This document shows positions 52,808 through 55,326 of a DNA stretch of 55,326 bases, piece by piece. The number at the start of each line of letters is the position of its first letter. Position 1 is the first letter of the stretch. A model generated the notes under the pieces. The model did not search any database. It was not told where the DNA came from and saw only the letters and a list, made by a program, of their open reading frames with translations. Position numbers and translations under genes: made by a program. The stretch is from a virus (lineage: Duplodnaviria > Caudoviricetes). Where the stretch lies: the IMG/VR virus record IMGVR_UViG_3300010362_000019, positions 1 to 55,326 of that record. One strand, given 5' to 3'.

Positions 52808-55326
52808 ATGCCGCTCGACTCACTCTGGGGTGCTGCTGGTGCGCAGACTGTCCCGTCTGAGTCGGGAACCGTAACCGCGCCTGCGCCGCCGCCTCCTCCA
52901 CCAGCTCCAGTCGCACCGAACGCGGCACCAGCTCCCGCGGCGCCGCCTGTCGTTGTTCCGGCTGCTCCATCTCCACCTGGGACAGAGACGGGCCCTGGCC
53001 CAGCGCCATACAAGCTACAGCTCAATCCTGACTGGAAGCCAGCAGCGCCTGAGTCCAAGAGCCCGCGTGCTGTGCAGCCGCCTCCAGCGCCCCCTGCAGT
53101 GCCTCCATCTCCGAAGAAGGAAGAGCCGAAGGGGGACAGCGTCTGGACGCAGGCCGGCGCCGCAACCACGCCGCCACCAGCTCGTCTTCCTCCGACCACG
53201 CCGGCTGGAGCTGCGCTGCGAACCGATCAGCCTAAGCTGCCGTCAGTCGGGGGCGGCGAAGAGGGCGGCAAGAACGTGCCGATGCAGGCCGCTCCGCAAT
53301 TCGGCCCAGGCTCGACGCCTATCACCGACACCTTGGTGCATGGCATGACGTTCGGCCTGGACGAGCATGTCGCAGCGCCGGCCGCGGCATATATCTCGTC
53401 GCTGCTCACCGGCACGTCTTACACCGACAACTTGAACCGCATCCTCGGCCGGCTGCACGCGGGCGAGGAGAAGTTCGCAGAGGAGCACCCCTACCAAAGT
53501 TTTGGCACCGAGGTGACGGGTGCTATCGCCAGCCCGATCAGCCGACTTGCGGGACCGCTGCATCAGGCAATCGCCGCCGGCAAGAACGCAGGCATCCTGC
53601 AGCGCATCGCATCGCTCGCCGGCCACGCGATGCTTGGTGGCGGCGAAGGCGCGCTCGCCTCTGCATCGATGTCGCACGCTCCATGGGGCGGCGAGCAGTG
53701 GCGAAGCGACGTGCGCCAGGGCACCTATCTCGGTGCTGGTCTGCCTCTCGTTGCGCCGATCATACGAGGCCTGCGCAACACGTGGCGATCGGCGCGACCA
53801 GACTCTCAGGTCGATCGCATTACCGGCGAGCAGCTCGACAAGATGGCGAGCACAACGCCGCCGCCGGCAGGGACGCCCCAAGGCTCTCCAGGCAACATCC
53901 CGCGTGGTGGCATGCCTGGGCCTGCGCCTCCTTGGCCATGGCAGGCGAAAGGACCGCCGGCACCGGGTGGTGAGCAGCCGCAGCTTCCTGGCATGCGGTT
54001 CGACAGCGGATCTGCGCTGAACGACCCAGCTATCGCTGCAGAGGTTCGCCGGTTCCACGAGACGCCTCGAGGCGCTGCCCCAGGCGCAGACCTGATCTCC
54101 GACCAGGGCGCTGCAGTGCGCCAGGGCTACGCCGCGGCCGGCAGCACCGGCATGGATCGACCGACTGCCAGCTCGATCATTGTGCGCGCGGTGCGCAATG
54201 CCTGGGATGCGCTGCGCACCGAAGAGAACCGGCTCTGGAATGTGCCGGCGCTGCGGAACCTGCGGCCGAACCTTGTCGATCTGCATCACCGCATCGGCCG
54301 CGCTCTCGATGCTCTGCCGTATCGCGATCGTGCGGCGATCATGGGCAACGGGCCGCTGATGAACGCGATCCGCGATCTCGCGCAGATGGGCCCGGCTGAT
54401 GCCACCCTGGCGAACATCAATGCGGTGCGCAGCGACATCCTCAAGATCGCACGCAGCATGGATGACCCGGCGGCTGCGCGCGCCGCCAACGCTGCAGCTG
54501 ACGCCATCCTGCGAAGCTTCGAAGCCAACCCTGCGCTCCGGAACAACCCCGCAGCATCTGACGCATATCGGCGAGCGCGCGCGTTCACTGCAATGAAGTG
54601 GGACACGTTCGGCCACAAGGGTTTCCTCGACATGGTCGATACGAACCCGCAGGGCCATTACACCGCAAACGAGGCCACCGCGGCAGAGAAGCTGTTCAAC
54701 TTCAGCCGCGGCAGAGCGTCGGAAACCGTCCCAGGCCAGATGCGCCGGGTCATCGACACGATGGATCGGATGCAGCGCTGGTGGACGACGCTGCAGCGAG
54801 CTGGGCAGCAGGCCGGCGATCCGCGCGTTGCGCGACAGGCGATGGAAGATCTCATCGACGGGTCGCGCGACTTCATCATCCGCAACATGATGGACGCCGC
54901 TGAGTCCTCGACGTTGGATAGGACTGCCAATCACCGGGTGATCTGGCACAGCCTCTCGCGGTGGATCGAGACGAACCGCGACTGGATCCGTCGCAGCGGT
55001 CTGTTCGCAAGATCCCAGCTCGATGCGCTCGATGATCTGCATCACGACGCAATCTGGGCTGCGAAGCTGACCGATCTGCGAGCCGGCACAGGATCGCAGA
55101 CCTATCAGCACCTCATGCAGGACGCGAACGTCATCCAGCTCTTTGCGAGCCCGATGTTCATCCGTGGCATCGGTCTGCTGGGTGGTCTTCCAGGCGCGTT
55201 CTTGGGTCGGTTCAACGACGCCGGCATCGGCCTGATCCTCGGCCTGGGCGCTGAGAACGTCGGCCGCAAGATCCTGACGGCCATGTATACGGTCCCGATC
55301 GAGAAGATGCGCGCCAAGGTCGAGGA
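52808..55326 (+). CDS. Large ejection/internal virion protein, 3' end outside window
   Basis: Hand translation from ATG 52808: MPLDSLWGAAGA, Pro-rich, HGMTFGLDE, FAEEHP; appears open to window end; not in ORF track. Confidence 0.75.
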   Translation, partial: MPLDSLWGAAGAQTVPSESGTVTAPAPPPPPPAPVAPNAAPAPAAPPVVVPAAPSPPGTETGPGPAPYKLQLNPDWKPAAPESKSPRAVQPPPAPPAVPPSPKKEEPKGDSVWTQAGAATTPPPARLPPTTPAGAALRTDQPKLPSVGGGEEGGKNVPMQAAPQFGPGSTPITDTLVHGMTFGLDEHVAAPAAAYISSLLTGTSYTDNLNRILGRLHAGEEKFAEEHPYQSFGTEVTGAIASPISRLAGPLHQAIAAGKNAGILQRIASLAGHAMLGGGEGALASASMSHAPWGGEQWRSDVRQGTYLGAGLPLVAPIIRGLRNTWRSARPDSQVDRITGEQLDKMASTTPPPAGTPQGSPGNIPRGGMPGPAPPWPWQAKGPPAPGGEQPQLPGMRFDSGSALNDPAIAAEVRRFHETPRGAAPGADLISDQGAAVRQGYAAAGSTGMDRPTASSIIVRAVRNAWDALRTEENRLWNVPALRNLRPNLVDLHHRIGRALDALPYRDRAAIMGNGPLMNAIRDLAQMGPADATLANINAVRSDILKIARSMDDPAAARAANAAADAILRSFEANPALRNNPAASDAYRRARAFTAMKWDTFGHKGFLDMVDTNPQGHYTANEATAAEKLFNFSRGRASETVPGQMRRVIDTMDRMQRWWTTLQRAGQQAGDPRVARQAMEDLIDGSRDFIIRNMMDAAESSTLDRTANHRVIWHSLSRWIETNRDWIRRSGLFARSQLDALDDLHHDAIWAAKLTDLRAGTGSQTYQHLMQDANVIQLFASPMFIRGIGLLGGLPGAFLGRFNDAGIGLILGLGAENVGRKILTAMYTVPIEKMRAKVE

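Larger units (their letters stand above)
1..55326. mobile_element. Tailed phage/prophage genome segment, podovirus-like (P22-type tail machinery)
   Basis: terS, terL, portal, scaffold, major capsid, adaptor, gp10-like hub, needle and ejection proteins in canonical order; dense arrays of small overlapping ORFs; no host housekeeping genes. Confidence 0.95.

Noticed and set aside
53243-55111. 622-aa minus-strand ORF
   Set aside because: Antisense shadow of the plus-strand ejection protein starting at 52808
1-55326. Integrase/att sites, tRNA, rRNA, reverse transcriptase/DGR, endolysin
   Set aside because: No diagnostic motifs seen by eye; cannot say whether the element is integrated

Overview
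The whole 55.3 kb window reads as part of a high-GC tailed phage or prophage genome with a short-tail (P22-like) virion module. The gene families suggest an alphaproteobacterial host (inference). Left end (minus strand): an operon of a PAPS-reductase-family PP-loop protein, a C5 cytosine methyltransferase-like protein and a TGT/DpdA-like transglycosylase that runs off the window and is missing from the ORF track. A divergent promoter with palindromic operators follows, then long arrays of small translationally coupled hypothetical genes (2.7-8.6 kb and 11.2-19.4 kb). Two non-coding islands lie at about 8.6-9.6 kb and 10.6-11.2 kb. terS (19.9 kb) is separated from terL (28.4 kb) by about 8 kb of cargo: a HiPIP-like protein, a glycosyltransferase, and two large effector-like proteins (ADP-ribosyltransferase-like and HhH-glycosylase-like) that share an N-terminal leader and are followed by a small immunity-like gene. 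Then come portal, GroES-like co-chaperonin, scaffold, major capsid, beta-helix protein, two signal-peptide-bearing Ser/Thr-rich proteins, head-tail adaptor, a split gp10-like tail hub with lectin insertions, needle/fibre, Asp/Asn hydroxylase, GNAT and three ejection proteins (one with a lytic transglycosylase domain; the last is truncated). I recognised no integrase, DNA polymerase, tRNA, rRNA or CRISPR array. All family calls are by-eye motif recognition; no searches were run.
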